Below are positions 1 through 9,812 of a stretch of 31,441 nt of DNA, one piece after another (the stretch's first letter is position 1; every line of letters starts with the position of its first letter). A model generated the notes under the pieces. The model ran no database searches, was not told the DNA's origin, and worked only from the letters and a program-made list of their open reading frames with translations. The stretch is taken from NCBI GenBank assembly GCA_039034055.1, contig JBCCBL010000001.1:1-31441 (forward strand), read 5' to 3'. Source of the stretch: Verrucomicrobiota bacterium (GTDB lineage: Bacteria; Verrucomicrobiota; Verrucomicrobiia; Opitutales; JABSRG01). The position numbers and the translations under genes are program-made.

Positions 1-1002
1 AATGGGCTCGTCGAAGTGTCCGATGATGTCGATGAAGAAATAATACTCCCAGGGTTTCAGGCGGGTGGGTCGGGATTCAATTTTGCAGAGGTTGATTCCG
101 CGTTTGCTGAAGGGTTCGAGGACTTTCTGGAGGGCCGATACTTCGTCGCGGACTGATAGGACTAGGCTGGTGCGGTCTCGACCATTGCCAATGGCGGGAG
201 ATGGGGTGTCGCCGACCACGATGAAGCGAGTGCTGTTGTCAACCCGGTCTTGGATGCTCTTTGCGACGACGCCTACTTGGTGGCTCTGCGCCGCGAGTTC
301 GCTCCCAATGGCTGCACTGTCCGAGGAGTCTTTTGCGATCAAGACTCCTTTGGCGGTGCTTTCGACTTCGATGAGTTCGGCATGGGGCAAATGCCTTTGA
401 AGCCAGTCCCGGCATTGGCTTAGGGCTTGGTCTTTGGAGTATATTTTTGAGATTTTTTCAATGGGGAGGTCTGAGATTAGGCAGTGTTCGACGGGGAGAA
501 AGACCTCTGAGATTATTTTCAATCTGCTGTCTACGAGGATTTCCTGGGATTGGTTCACCGCACCACCCGTCGAATTTTCGATTGGGAACACCCCGTAGTC
601 AGCCTCTCCTCGCTCGACCTCAAGGATGACGTCTTTGATGGTTTTCATGGGGCGATAGGCCAGGGATGAGCCAAAATTTTTGATGGCCGCTTGATGGGTG
701 AACGTCGCTTCGGGTCCGAGGTAGGCGATGACTAGTTTTTTCTCTAGGGAGATCGAGGCGGAAATGATTTCTCGCCAGATGGCTTTAACTGCGTCGCCTT
801 GGATAGGGCCTTTGTTGAGCTTGGATAATTTGTCGAAAATCAATTGCTCGCGGCTTGGAACATAGATGCTCCCTCCTTTGCGCATTTTTATTTTTCCAAC
901 TTCGCTGGCCAAGCGTACCCGCTCATTCAGGAGAGCGATGATTTCATTGTCGATGTGATCAATGTGCTGTCGCAGGGGCCCAAGTGCTTCTTGAATATCC
1001 AT
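1..1002 (-). CDS. pheA: Bifunctional chorismate mutase/prephenate dehydratase (3' end runs off the window)
   Basis: Hand translation from the ATG at 1002 gives MDIQEALGPLRQHIDHIDNEIIALLNERVRLA (chorismate mutase), IAYLGPEATFTHQAA (start of the dehydratase domain) and KRGINLCKIESRPTRLKPWEYYFFIDIIGHF (ACT domain). The frame is open to position 1. Confidence 0.95.
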   Translation of the reverse strand, partial: MDIQEALGPLRQHIDHIDNEIIALLNERVRLASEVGKIKMRKGGSIYVPSREQLIFDKLSKLNKGPIQGDAVKAIWREIISASISLEKKLVIAYLGPEATFTHQAAIKNFGSSLAYRPMKTIKDVILEVERGEADYGVFPIENSTGGAVNQSQEILVDSRLKIISEVFLPVEHCLISDLPIEKISKIYSKDQALSQCRDWLQRHLPHAELIEVESTAKGVLIAKDSSDSAAIGSELAAQSHQVGVVAKSIQDRVDNSTRFIVVGDTPSPAIGNGRDRTSLVLSVRDEVSALQKVLEPFSKRGINLCKIESRPTRLKPWEYYFFIDIIGHFDEPI

Positions 1003-1014
1003 GATCGCAGGGTT

Positions 1015-1863
1015 TTATTGGAATTCGCGTTGCGCGTCGTCGCTCTCCTCAGCTCCGTCTTCCTCAAAGTCAGTGTCGATGTAGGATTCTTCGGAGGCCT
1101 CGATGGGTTGATAGCCCTCGTTATCTGGTTCGGTAGTTTTCTCCGACAGCGCGTTTTCATCCATCTTGATCTCGGTTTGTTCTGAAGATTCAGAGGGTAG
1201 GCCGACATCGGAGTCTCCGATTTGTGGCGGGTTTTGAGCGTCGCGAATCCAGGTATCTAATTGATTGCGCGAGACGACGTCACTTGCCGGCATTTCTTCA
1301 AGGGATTTGATCCCGGCAAATTCCATGAATCGTTCAGTAGTGCCATATTGCAGCGGGCGCCCGGGTAGTTCCGCTCGTCCGATGATGTGGATGAGTTCTA
1401 GTTCAAGGAGTCGGTGGACGGCGCTATCGACGGAAACTCCGCGGATCGCCTCCATTTCTGATCGCGTGACGGGTTGACGGTAAGCGATGATCGAAAGGGT
1501 CTCAAGCGCTGCCGGGCTCAAGCGTAGGGGTCGGGGTTGATTGCGCAGCAGACGGATCCATTCGGAGTATTCTGGAGCGGTGGCTAGGCGGAACCCTTGA
1601 GGTCCTTCAATAATGCGGAACACCGACGCGCTTTCGACGTAGTCGCTGCGAATGGCGTCAATCGCTTCACGGATCTCTGAGGTGGTGACGAGTGAGGGAA
1701 CTTCGGGTGTTTCCTCGGCATCTTCCTCATCACCGTCTTCTCCTTCGCTCGAGGCGTGCTCCTCATGATAGCGCGACAAAACCCGTTGCACGGTCCCGGT
1801 GGACACCGCTTCAGAGGTGGATAGCAGGAGAGCTTGTAGGAGATTTTTGAGGTCAAATTCCAT
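1015..1863 (-). CDS. scpB: SMC-Scp complex subunit ScpB
   Basis: Motifs LSPAALETLSIIAYRQPVTRSEMEAIRGV and GRAELPGRPLQYGTT; acidic insert and C-terminal tail. Confidence 0.95.
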   Translation of the reverse strand: MEFDLKNLLQALLLSTSEAVSTGTVQRVLSRYHEEHASSEGEDGDEEDAEETPEVPSLVTTSEIREAIDAIRSDYVESASVFRIIEGPQGFRLATAPEYSEWIRLLRNQPRPLRLSPAALETLSIIAYRQPVTRSEMEAIRGVSVDSAVHRLLELELIHIIGRAELPGRPLQYGTTERFMEFAGIKSLEEMPASDVVSRNQLDTWIRDAQNPPQIGDSDVGLPSESSEQTEIKMDENALSEKTTEPDNEGYQPIEASEESYIDTDFEEDGAEESDDAQREFQ

Positions 1864-2012
1864 AAATAAAACGTTGCCGGGAACGGACTCCAGTCCTTGT
1901 GTGGTCCGCTTCGATCAACCTTTCTTGGAGAAGAATCCTTCAACTAGGGGATTTTCGAGTTGAGTGGCAACATTCAAAAACCCAAGCGCATACAAATACT
2001 TTTCTTAGACTC

Positions 2013-3716
2013 GTGAGCAAAGCAATCGACCCTAAACGCCCCTTTTCATCCATCGTTGTCGATGGAGATGATCGTGCGCCGGCCCGATCCATGTTGCGGG
2101 CCACTGGATTCACCGACGACGATTTCAAGAAGCCTCAAGTGGGTGTTGCGAGCACTTGGAGTAACCTGACCCCTTGCAACATGCATATCAATGAGCTTGC
2201 GGAAGCGGCGTCCCAGGGGATTGATGAGGCTGGAGGTAAGCCGGTGACTTTTGGCACAATCACGGTTTCGGACGGCATTTCGATGGGGACGCAGGGCATG
2301 CGTTACAGCTTGGTTTCACGCGAAGTGATTGCTGATTCGATCGAGACAGTGACGGCGGCGGAGGGCTTTGACGGAGTGATTGCTGTGGGTGGGTGCGATA
2401 AAAATATGCCCGGTTGCATGATTGCGATTGCGCGTTTGAATCGCCCAGCGGTTTTCGTCTACGGGGGCACGATTTTGCCAGGCCTTCATCGCGATAAGGC
2501 CGTTGATATCGTCTCGATCTTTGAGGCGGTGGGTCAGCATGCCAAGGGTGAGATTGATGATGCGGAGCTGAAGGAGGTCGAGAAGGCTTGTATTCCTGGG
2601 CCGGGTTCGTGCGGAGGAATGTATACTGCAAATTCGATGGCATCCACCATTGAGGCGCTTGGAATGAGTCTTCCGGGAAGCAGTGCGCAGCTGGCCATTT
2701 CAGAGGATAAGCGCGAAGATTGCCGTCAAGCGGGTGCGGCGGTTTTGAAGCAGATTGAGATGGGACTGCGCCCACGAGATATTTTGACACGCAAGGCTTT
2801 TGAGAATGCGATCAGCGTGGGGATCGCTTTGGGTGGCTCAACTAACATCGTCCTTCACCTGCTCGCGATTGCTCATGCCGCGGAGGTAGACGTGACCATT
2901 GATGATTTTGAGGCCATCGGAGAGCGCATTCCGCTGCTGTGTGATGTGAAGCCTTTTGGTCGTTACAATATGAGCCATTTGATTCGGATCGGGGGCATTC
3001 GGCCGTTGATGAGGGAGCTTTTGGATCGCGGTTTTCTCCATGGGGATGCTTTGACCTGCACGGGCAAAACCTTGGCCGAGTCGCTTGAGGGGGTGCAGCC
3101 ATACCCCGCTTTTCCGAACGAGCAGGACATTGTTCGACCCTGGGACGATCCGATCAAGAGCAGCTCACACTTGCGCATCCTTCGGGGCAATTTGGCTCCT
3201 ACCGGTGCCGTCGGTAAGATTACGGGTAAAGAAGGGCTCTATTTTAAGGGGACGGCCAAAGTGTATGAGGGTGAGGAAGATGCCCTTCAGGGGATTTTGC
3301 GCGGTGATGTAGTTTCGGGAGATGTCGTTGTGATCCGCAATGAGGGCCCGGTCGGCGGACCTGGAATGCGGGAAATGCTGTCTCCGACGAGTGCAGTTGC
3401 GGGACGCGGCTTGATCAAAGAAGTAGCCCTGATCACCGACGGGCGTTTTTCTGGGGGCAGTCACGGATTTGACGTCGGGCACATCACGCCTGAAGCAGCT
3501 AATGGAGGCCCCATCGGTATCGTGCGTTCGGGCGACACCATCGAGATTGATGCCGTCAAGAACAGCATTAGCCTGTTAATCTCTGACGAAGCATACACAG
3601 CACGCATGAATTCGTATCGGGGCGCCGGTAGCCCCGAAAAGCGAGGGGTCTTGGGGAAATACGCGCAACTTGTGGCCTCAGCCTCGGAGGGGGCGGTTAC
3701 CGATAAAGGCCTATGA
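2013..3716 (+). CDS. ilvD: Dihydroxy-acid dehydratase
   Basis: Motifs PCNMH, GCDKNMPG, GSCGGMYTANSM, GGPGMREM and ITDGRFSGG. Start placed at the in-frame GTG at 2013 because the track's extension from 1899 shows no similarity. Confidence 0.96.
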   Translation: MSKAIDPKRPFSSIVVDGDDRAPARSMLRATGFTDDDFKKPQVGVASTWSNLTPCNMHINELAEAASQGIDEAGGKPVTFGTITVSDGISMGTQGMRYSLVSREVIADSIETVTAAEGFDGVIAVGGCDKNMPGCMIAIARLNRPAVFVYGGTILPGLHRDKAVDIVSIFEAVGQHAKGEIDDAELKEVEKACIPGPGSCGGMYTANSMASTIEALGMSLPGSSAQLAISEDKREDCRQAGAAVLKQIEMGLRPRDILTRKAFENAISVGIALGGSTNIVLHLLAIAHAAEVDVTIDDFEAIGERIPLLCDVKPFGRYNMSHLIRIGGIRPLMRELLDRGFLHGDALTCTGKTLAESLEGVQPYPAFPNEQDIVRPWDDPIKSSSHLRILRGNLAPTGAVGKITGKEGLYFKGTAKVYEGEEDALQGILRGDVVSGDVVVIRNEGPVGGPGMREMLSPTSAVAGRGLIKEVALITDGRFSGGSHGFDVGHITPEAANGGPIGIVRSGDTIEIDAVKNSISLLISDEAYTARMNSYRGAGSPEKRGVLGKYAQLVASASEGAVTDKGL

Positions 3717-3822
3717 CTTTACACGTTTGATATTCTCCTAGTCTAAGTTCATTGCTTATCACCGAGGGATCTCCACAAGCTCCAACTCTCTTAGCAGTTA
3801 AATTCTATAAAACTTGATTAAT

Positions 3823-5400
3823 ATGTCCTGGGAACGCTTCCAAAAAGAATACCTCCACATCGATGAGCTTGGCTTTGCCATTGATACCAGCCGCATGGAT
3901 TTTGCGGATGATTTTTTTGCATCGATGGACGACAAGTGGGCGACCGCGTCGCAGGCAATGGCTGAGTTAGAATCAGGCGCCATTGCGAACCCGGATGAGA
4001 ATCGCATGGTCGGGCATTATTGGCTGCGCACCCCCGAGTTGGCTCCGAGTGACGCGCTGACCGCCGATATCAAGGCGGCTGTCGAGAAGATTCACAAGAT
4101 CGCAGCGGACGTGCACTCAGGGGAAACCGCTGGAGCAGAGGGCCCTTTCGAAAATATTTTGATTATTGGAATCGGGGGGTCGGCCCTGGGTCCTCAATTT
4201 GTTGCGCAGGCTCTCGGACATCCCGAAGAGGACAAAATGGAGGTTTACTTTTTTGATAATACGGATCCCGATGGCATTGATCTTACACTGGCTTCCTTGA
4301 AAGGTCAGCTTGCCAAGACTCTGAGTATCGTGATCTCCAAATCAGGGGGCACTCCCGAGACGCGCAATGGCATGCTTGAGGCGAAAGCGGCATACACGGC
4401 AGCCGGATTGGATTTTGCGAAACACGCCATTGCGATTACGGGCGAAGGCTCAAAGCTCGACAAGGTCGCTGAATCGGAAGGCTGGATTGACCGACTCCCG
4501 ATGTGGGATTGGGTTGGAGGCCGGACTTCGGAGCTGGCCACGGTGGGTCTGCTCCCCGCAGCACTTCAAGGTCTCGATATCGATGGTCTCCTGGCGGGTG
4601 CCGCGAAAATGGACGCAGCGACCCGCGCCGTCGACTACCTAAAGAATCCGGCAGCCTTGCTTGCGCTCTCCTGGTACCACGCGACGAATGGCAAGGGCGA
4701 AAAGGATATGGTGATCCTGCCTTACAAGGACCGGCTGATGCTATTTTCGAAATACCTCCAGCAGCTTGTCATGGAGTCTCTGGGCAAGGAAAAGGACCTT
4801 GATGGCGAGACTGTCTTACAGGGAATCGCAGTCTACGGAAACAAGGGATCTACCGATCAGCATGCTTACGTACAGCAGCTCCGCGAGGGAGTGCCGAATT
4901 TCTATGCGGTTTTCATCGAAGTCCTGAAGGATCGCGACGGAGATTCGATTGAAGTCGAGCCAGGCATCACTTCAGGTGATTTTCTCCATGGTTTCCTTCT
5001 CGGAACGCGCGATGCACTTTACGAGACGGGCCGTCAATCAGTGACTTTGACCGTGGATTCCGTGAATGCAGAGACTGTGGGGATGCTTATCGCGTTGTTT
5101 GAGCGCGCGGTTGGCTTCTATGCAAGCTTCGTAAACATCAATGCATATCATCAGCCGGGCGTCGAGGCCGGTAAAAAAGCGGCAGCCTCGGTCCTCGATT
5201 TGCAGACTGCCCTGGTCGAGAGCCTGCCAACTTCGGAAACTGAAGCCTTGACCGCTGAAGCGGTCGCAAAAGCAGCGGGTTTTCCAGAAATGGCGGAGAC
5301 AGCCTTCAAATTGCTCAATAGACTGTCCAAGAATCCGACTAACAAAGTGAAAATCGTCTTGGAAAGTCCTATAACATCATCCAAATTCTGCAAAATCTGA
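3823..5400 (+). CDS. pgi: Glucose-6-phosphate isomerase
   Basis: Motifs [35 protein letters not shown] and [15 protein letters not shown] at 3823 preferred over TTG at 3814. Confidence 0.96.
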   Translation: MSWERFQKEYLHIDELGFAIDTSRMDFADDFFASMDDKWATASQAMAELESGAIANPDENRMVGHYWLRTPELAPSDALTADIKAAVEKIHKIAADVHSGETAGAEGPFENILIIGIGGSALGPQFVAQALGHPEEDKMEVYFFDNTDPDGIDLTLASLKGQLAKTLSIVISKSGGTPETRNGMLEAKAAYTAAGLDFAKHAIAITGEGSKLDKVAESEGWIDRLPMWDWVGGRTSELATVGLLPAALQGLDIDGLLAGAAKMDAATRAVDYLKNPAALLALSWYHATNGKGEKDMVILPYKDRLMLFSKYLQQLVMESLGKEKDLDGETVLQGIAVYGNKGSTDQHAYVQQLREGVPNFYAVFIEVLKDRDGDSIEVEPGITSGDFLHGFLLGTRDALYETGRQSVTLTVDSVNAETVGMLIALFERAVGFYASFVNINAYHQPGVEAGKKAAASVLDLQTALVESLPTSETEALTAEAVAKAAGFPEMAETAFKLLNRLSKNPTNKVKIVLESPITSSKFCKI

Positions 5401-5433
5401 CACCGTTCTTCAGTCCGTAAGACTACCCCTAAA

Positions 5434-6243
5434 ATGAAAATTCTGTCCACTCTGTTCACCCTACTCGCACTGGCTGCTGCCTGTGGGTCTGGTGGTATCT
5501 ATTTCTTGACAAAGGACAAACTTGAGGACGCCAGCGCTGAGCTTTCTTCTACCCGTTCTTCCCTGGATACCGCGCAAGCGGAGCTTGATCGGGCGAAGAC
5601 TCAGATTCTGTCTACTGAGCAGCTCCTAAAGACTGCCCAAACCGAATTAGCTCAGAATAAACAGCAAAGTTTTGACCTGAGCCGTAAAATGGTGACTTAC
5701 CAGTCCAACTCGCAATCGGGTCAGGACAAAATCGCGTCTCTGGAACGCCAGATCCTGGAGGTCCAGAATGATAATTCGAATCTTCGCAAAAAGCTTCTTT
5801 CACGCGCCAGTGTCACTCCTGCTGATCTTGGCGGTGCGAGTCCCGAAGAGGTGGAGCGGCTGAAATCCGAAATTGTGAAATTAGAGGACAAGGTTTCTTC
5901 GCTTGAGGCAGAATCTTCGATAGGTGGATCAACAAATAACGTTCTTGCATCCACTATCCCGGTTGTGGATGCAGAACCCTCCGCTTACAAGACCGCGCCC
6001 ACTGGGCAGCTTCAGGGCACGATCGCGCGGTTGAACTCTGAATCAGGAATACTGGTGCTAGCTCGGGGCAGTTCGCACGGGATTAAGCCTGACGCTGAGT
6101 ACATCCTGATGAGAGGTGGTTATCTTTTGGCAAAGGTCCGAGTGACCAAGCTCACCGCGGATCATACGGTAGCGACGATTCTTCCAAATATTGGCATACC
6201 AAATAGCTTGCGAAGTGGGGATACAGTGGCCATCACTCGTTAA
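5434..6243 (+). CDS. Hypothetical membrane-anchored coiled-coil protein with a C-terminal beta domain
   Basis: Hydrophobic N-terminus, heptad-rich L/E/Q/K region, and beta-strand-like C-terminus (GQLQGTIARLNSESGILVLARGSSHGIKPDAEYILMRGG). Confidence 0.75.
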   Translation: MKILSTLFTLLALAAACGSGGIYFLTKDKLEDASAELSSTRSSLDTAQAELDRAKTQILSTEQLLKTAQTELAQNKQQSFDLSRKMVTYQSNSQSGQDKIASLERQILEVQNDNSNLRKKLLSRASVTPADLGGASPEEVERLKSEIVKLEDKVSSLEAESSIGGSTNNVLASTIPVVDAEPSAYKTAPTGQLQGTIARLNSESGILVLARGSSHGIKPDAEYILMRGGYLLAKVRVTKLTADHTVATILPNIGIPNSLRSGDTVAITR

Positions 6244-6244
6244 C

Positions 6245-6409
6245 ATGGCTATCCTCAAAATCATTTTCAGGTCAGCGCTCCTGGCCTTGGTGGCTCTTGG
6301 ATTCAGTGGTTGCTTTGATGCCTCGGAAGACGACTCGCAAATCCCATGGGGTCGCCCTGCCGACTTCGAGAGTCAAGGCCCAGGCTTTGGCCCAGGCAAT
6401 ACTTATTAG
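6245..6409 (+). CDS. Small (54 aa) predicted lipoprotein
   Basis: ATG 1 nt after the upstream stop; signal peptide ending in lipobox FSGC; followed by a terminator. Confidence 0.7.
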   Translation: MAILKIIFRSALLALVALGFSGCFDASEDDSQIPWGRPADFESQGPGFGPGNTY

Positions 6410-6418
6410 ATCTCCGCC

Positions 6419-6447
6419 GCCATTCACCTAAGATGAATGGCTTTTTT
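6419..6447 (+). terminator. Rho-independent terminator
   Basis: Stem gccattca/tgaatggc (8 bp, 7-nt loop) followed by tttttt, 10 nt after the lipoprotein stop. Confidence 0.75.
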
Positions 6448-6734
6448 GGCGAAATGCTGCCCGCAAACCCAGGATTCTTCCTTTATGCTAAGGTGTGATA
6501 CCTCTTCGCAGTGAAATTGATCGATAGCCTGGGCGAGACTGGCTCGGTTGACCAATGGGCGGGTTGGTAACAAAAAAAGTTGGTCAGGCGAGGACGCTTT
6601 CCCCAGCCATGGACTATCAGAATGAACGCGGCTCGGTATGAGTCTACAGATCTGTGCTTAGGCCCTCCAGGATGTGATGTTCGTTCTTCGCTTGGGTAGC
6701 GATGCTGAGATCGTGAGGGGCGGTTGCTGGAATC

Positions 6735-7373
6735 TCATCCAACTCGCTGCAATTGTGACAATTCGCGGATCACCCAGGAGTGGGCTTTGCGCAAGCGGGT
6801 TTCAGAATTGTGACCCTGGCTAAACAGCGCGCAGTCGAAGCCAAGTTCAGAAGAAATCTCTAGGTCGTGGAGAGTGTCGCCTACCAGGAGAATCTTGGAG
6901 GGCTCGACACCGCTATTTTCAAGCCATCGCCGGGCCGTCTCCAGCTTCCCGTGAGCATGGCAGTTGTCCTGACCGATGATTTTTTCGAAGAGAGTGCTCA
7001 ATCCAAAATAATTAAGGCAGGCATCCAGGGTGTCCTGATCGCTCGCAGAGAGGACAATTTGCCGGGTGTCGGCCGCCTGGAAGTGCTGAAGAGTGGCACG
7101 CGCGTCTCCGTGGAGCTGACAATTGCGCCATACTTTTTGGTAAGCACCGACGAATTGATTGCTCATATAGCTGAGGGTTGATTCGTCGAGTTCGCTCGAA
7201 AGATTTTTGTAGAAACGGTGGACGGGAAATTCGAAAATCTCTCGATAGGTTTCCAACTCGAGGGGAGCCAAGTCTTGTTCTGAAAGCAATGAGTTGAGGA
7301 TATCCACGCAGGCGCAGGAGTCATCCAAAAGAGTCCCGTTCCAGTCCCACAAAACGTGCGTATAGCTCTGCAT
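6735..7373 (-). CDS. HAD-family hydrolase (phosphoglycolate phosphatase-like)
   Basis: Motif I as WDWNGTLLD, motif II as LSAS, motif IV as LVGDTLHD. Start placed at the ATG at 7373, just before motif I. Confidence 0.9.
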   Translation of the reverse strand: MQSYTHVLWDWNGTLLDDSCACVDILNSLLSEQDLAPLELETYREIFEFPVHRFYKNLSSELDESTLSYMSNQFVGAYQKVWRNCQLHGDARATLQHFQAADTRQIVLSASDQDTLDACLNYFGLSTLFEKIIGQDNCHAHGKLETARRWLENSGVEPSKILLVGDTLHDLEISSELGFDCALFSQGHNSETRLRKAHSWVIRELSQLQRVG

Positions 7374-7503
7374 TATTGGAGTAAAGGCAGCTTGTTCCCG
7401 GTCGCAAGAATTAGGGTCAAATACCTGACAATTTACCTCAGTGGATTTTGTTTCTGATAGGTTTTTGTTGCTATTCATTGAGGGGTGTCATTAGACCCCT
7501 GAG

Positions 7504-8466
7504 ATGGAGTTGGCCCTCGGAGTAGATATAGGCGGAACAAACACCCGGGTGGGTGCGGTGACTGAAGATGCAACGGTAGTCTCTCGCCACAGCTTCGACA
7601 CCGCTGTGCACCGGGATGCGGATTCGTTCGCAGATGCTTTGACTGCTAGTGTGCACCAGGTAATGGCAACTGCGGAAAACGAACTTGGCGAAATTCGGTG
7701 GGCTGGGTTAGGTATTGGCGCACCGAATGCCAATTTTCACAAAGGGACCATTGAGGCGCCACCAAACTTGAATTTTAAAGGGATCACGCCGATGGTCAAT
7801 CTGCTTAGCGAGCGGATTGACTTGCCGTTTATCGCGATCACCAACGATGCGAATGCCGCAGCCTTGGGCGAGAAGTTTTACGGGGCGGCCAAGGATGTGA
7901 ATAATTTCATAATGGTGACCCTCGGGACTGGCTTGGGCAGTGGATATTTTGTCAACGGAAAGCTGGTATATGGTCACGATGGGTTTGCGGGTGAGCTGGG
8001 TCATGTGACCGTGGTGCCCGGTGGTCGGTATTGTGGCTATGGTCGGCGAGGCAGTCTGGAGACTTACTGTTCGGCGACCGGCATCGTGAGGACTTTTTTC
8101 GAAATGATTGCGTTGCACAACAAGCCGACACTTCTTGACGATGTTCCAGTCGGGAGGGTGACCTCGAAGTCTATCGCCAATGCGGCCGCTGAGGGTGATT
8201 TTATCGCAACGGAAACCTTTGAATTTACCGGCGATCTGCTAGGAAAGGCCCTGGCTTCGTTTGCCCTGACGACCAGTCCCGAGAAGTTCTTCCTCTTTGG
8301 GGGTCCTCTTAACTCCGGCGAGCTTATTTTGAAGCCGGCGCGATCTGCGTATGAGGCCAATTTGATTGATCCCTACAAAGGCAAGTCGACCCTTGAAGTT
8401 TCCGCACTTCCCATGGGCGATGCAGCGATTTTAGGGGCTGCGGCTCTCGTGCGAGCTGAGAAGTAA
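7504..8466 (+). CDS. ROK-family sugar kinase (glucokinase-like)
   Basis: Motifs GVDIGGT, NDANAAALGE, TLGTGLGSG and AGELGH; the Cys-rich motif is degenerate (see findings). Confidence 0.9.
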   Translation: MELALGVDIGGTNTRVGAVTEDATVVSRHSFDTAVHRDADSFADALTASVHQVMATAENELGEIRWAGLGIGAPNANFHKGTIEAPPNLNFKGITPMVNLLSERIDLPFIAITNDANAAALGEKFYGAAKDVNNFIMVTLGTGLGSGYFVNGKLVYGHDGFAGELGHVTVVPGGRYCGYGRRGSLETYCSATGIVRTFFEMIALHNKPTLLDDVPVGRVTSKSIANAAAEGDFIATETFEFTGDLLGKALASFALTTSPEKFFLFGGPLNSGELILKPARSAYEANLIDPYKGKSTLEVSALPMGDAAILGAAALVRAEK

Positions 8467-8589
8467 ATCTGCTCCCGAGATTTCGCGTGAGACCGTCGAA
8501 GATGAGGGCCGTGGCGGTGTAGCATTTTTGTCTTCGGCTGCTTCGAGGAGTACTTCAGGGATTCGAACAGAGCCCCTCTCGTTCTTCGG

Positions 8590-9780
8590 CTATGGGCGAC
8601 ACACCGTCTCGAGCCTTTCGAGGATCTCGGCGGCGATGGCATCGGCGACTAAGCGGCCGTCGAGGCTCAGTTTTAGGCGGTTTTCCACAAGTTCAGCGAG
8701 ACCTTCGGTGCAGAGGTTCTGGAGCCAAGCCCAGATTGGGAGTTTGGTGAGGGTCAGCTCACTTGAGGAGAGTAGGCGCGTGTCGAGAGCGATGCCTTCG
8801 TTCATGCGCAGTCCGAATCCGAGCCGATCCGCGATGATTATAGAATCGCTCAAAATCACCTGGTCGATGCGTTGGCTCGGCAAGGTCCCTTCCTTTAGCC
8901 CCAAATTCCAGCTCTGCAATGAACGGGGATTGGTGTAGCGCTGACCTCGATATTGGGATGCTGCAGATGGGCCGATCCCGATCCATTCGTGCATGCGCCA
9001 GGTGTTTACATTGTGCTGACACGCATAACCAGGTTGAGCGAAATTTGAGATTTCATATTGCAGGTAGCCAGCGGTTTCCAGGGTTTCCCAGGCGATTCGG
9101 TATTGGTGTTCTTCGGCTTCGGGGTCTGGTTTGATTTCCCCTCGACTGAGTTTTACCCACATTTTGGTATCTTCTTCGAATGTAAGGCAGTAGGTGGAGA
9201 TATGTTGCGGTCCCAGTTCCGTGGCTTGTTTGAGGTCTTGAATGAGGGCTTCATCCGTTTGACCGGGCACTGCGAAAATAAGGTCGAGGTTGATGTTCTC
9301 GAATCCAGAGTTTTTGAGATGATCCCATGCTTCAAAAATCTGTTTTCGAGGGTGGGTGCGTCCGAGTGCGTCTAGTAGGTCATCATTGAAGCTCTGGACT
9401 CCCATGGATATACGAGTGACGCCGAGGTTTTTCAGGATTTTCAGGCGCTCGGGGTGAGCGGTGATTGGAGCCATTTCCACAGACCATTCCGTCCAGTTAT
9501 TGCCGGTTCTTTTGAGAACGGCTTGTCCGAGACGCTCTAGGTCTTTCGGCGAAAGGAGTCCAGGCGTGCCTCCTCCCCAGAAGATTGTCCTAATACGTTC
9601 TAGGTCTTCTTCGGGATAGAGATCGAGTTCCTGTTCAATCCCAGAGATGTAGGCGTCCATTTCACCCTTTTGTGGGCGCTTTTGGTAAAACGCACAGAAA
9701 TCGCAAGTTGTGGCGCAGAAGGGTACGTGAATATAGAGTCCGAGAGGCTCGGAGAGCCGATCTTTTGCTTGCGCTTGCAT
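8590..9780 (-). CDS. hemW: Radical SAM heme chaperone HemW (HemN-like)
   Basis: YIHVPFCATTCDFC (CxxxCxxC), GGGTP, RISMGVQSF, YEISNF and the HemW-type HNxxxW motif (HNVNTW). ATG at 9780. Confidence 0.85.
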   Translation of the reverse strand: MQAQAKDRLSEPLGLYIHVPFCATTCDFCAFYQKRPQKGEMDAYISGIEQELDLYPEEDLERIRTIFWGGGTPGLLSPKDLERLGQAVLKRTGNNWTEWSVEMAPITAHPERLKILKNLGVTRISMGVQSFNDDLLDALGRTHPRKQIFEAWDHLKNSGFENINLDLIFAVPGQTDEALIQDLKQATELGPQHISTYCLTFEEDTKMWVKLSRGEIKPDPEAEEHQYRIAWETLETAGYLQYEISNFAQPGYACQHNVNTWRMHEWIGIGPSAASQYRGQRYTNPRSLQSWNLGLKEGTLPSQRIDQVILSDSIIIADRLGFGLRMNEGIALDTRLLSSSELTLTKLPIWAWLQNLCTEGLAELVENRLKLSLDGRLVADAIAAEILERLETVCRP

Positions 9781-9812
9781 GTTCTTATTCAATACCTTGC
9801 CAAATCGCCCGT

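Noticed and set aside
1899-2012. N-terminal extension of ilvD in the ORF track
   Set aside because: It has no IlvD-like character and overlaps the divergent scpB promoter region; the in-frame GTG at 2013 gives a normal length.
8531-8590. ggattcgaac (reverse T-loop-like) plus a tcttcggc direct repeat between the ROK kinase and hemW
   Set aside because: The T-stem does not pair and there is no acceptor stem or anticodon arm; only two short repeat units.
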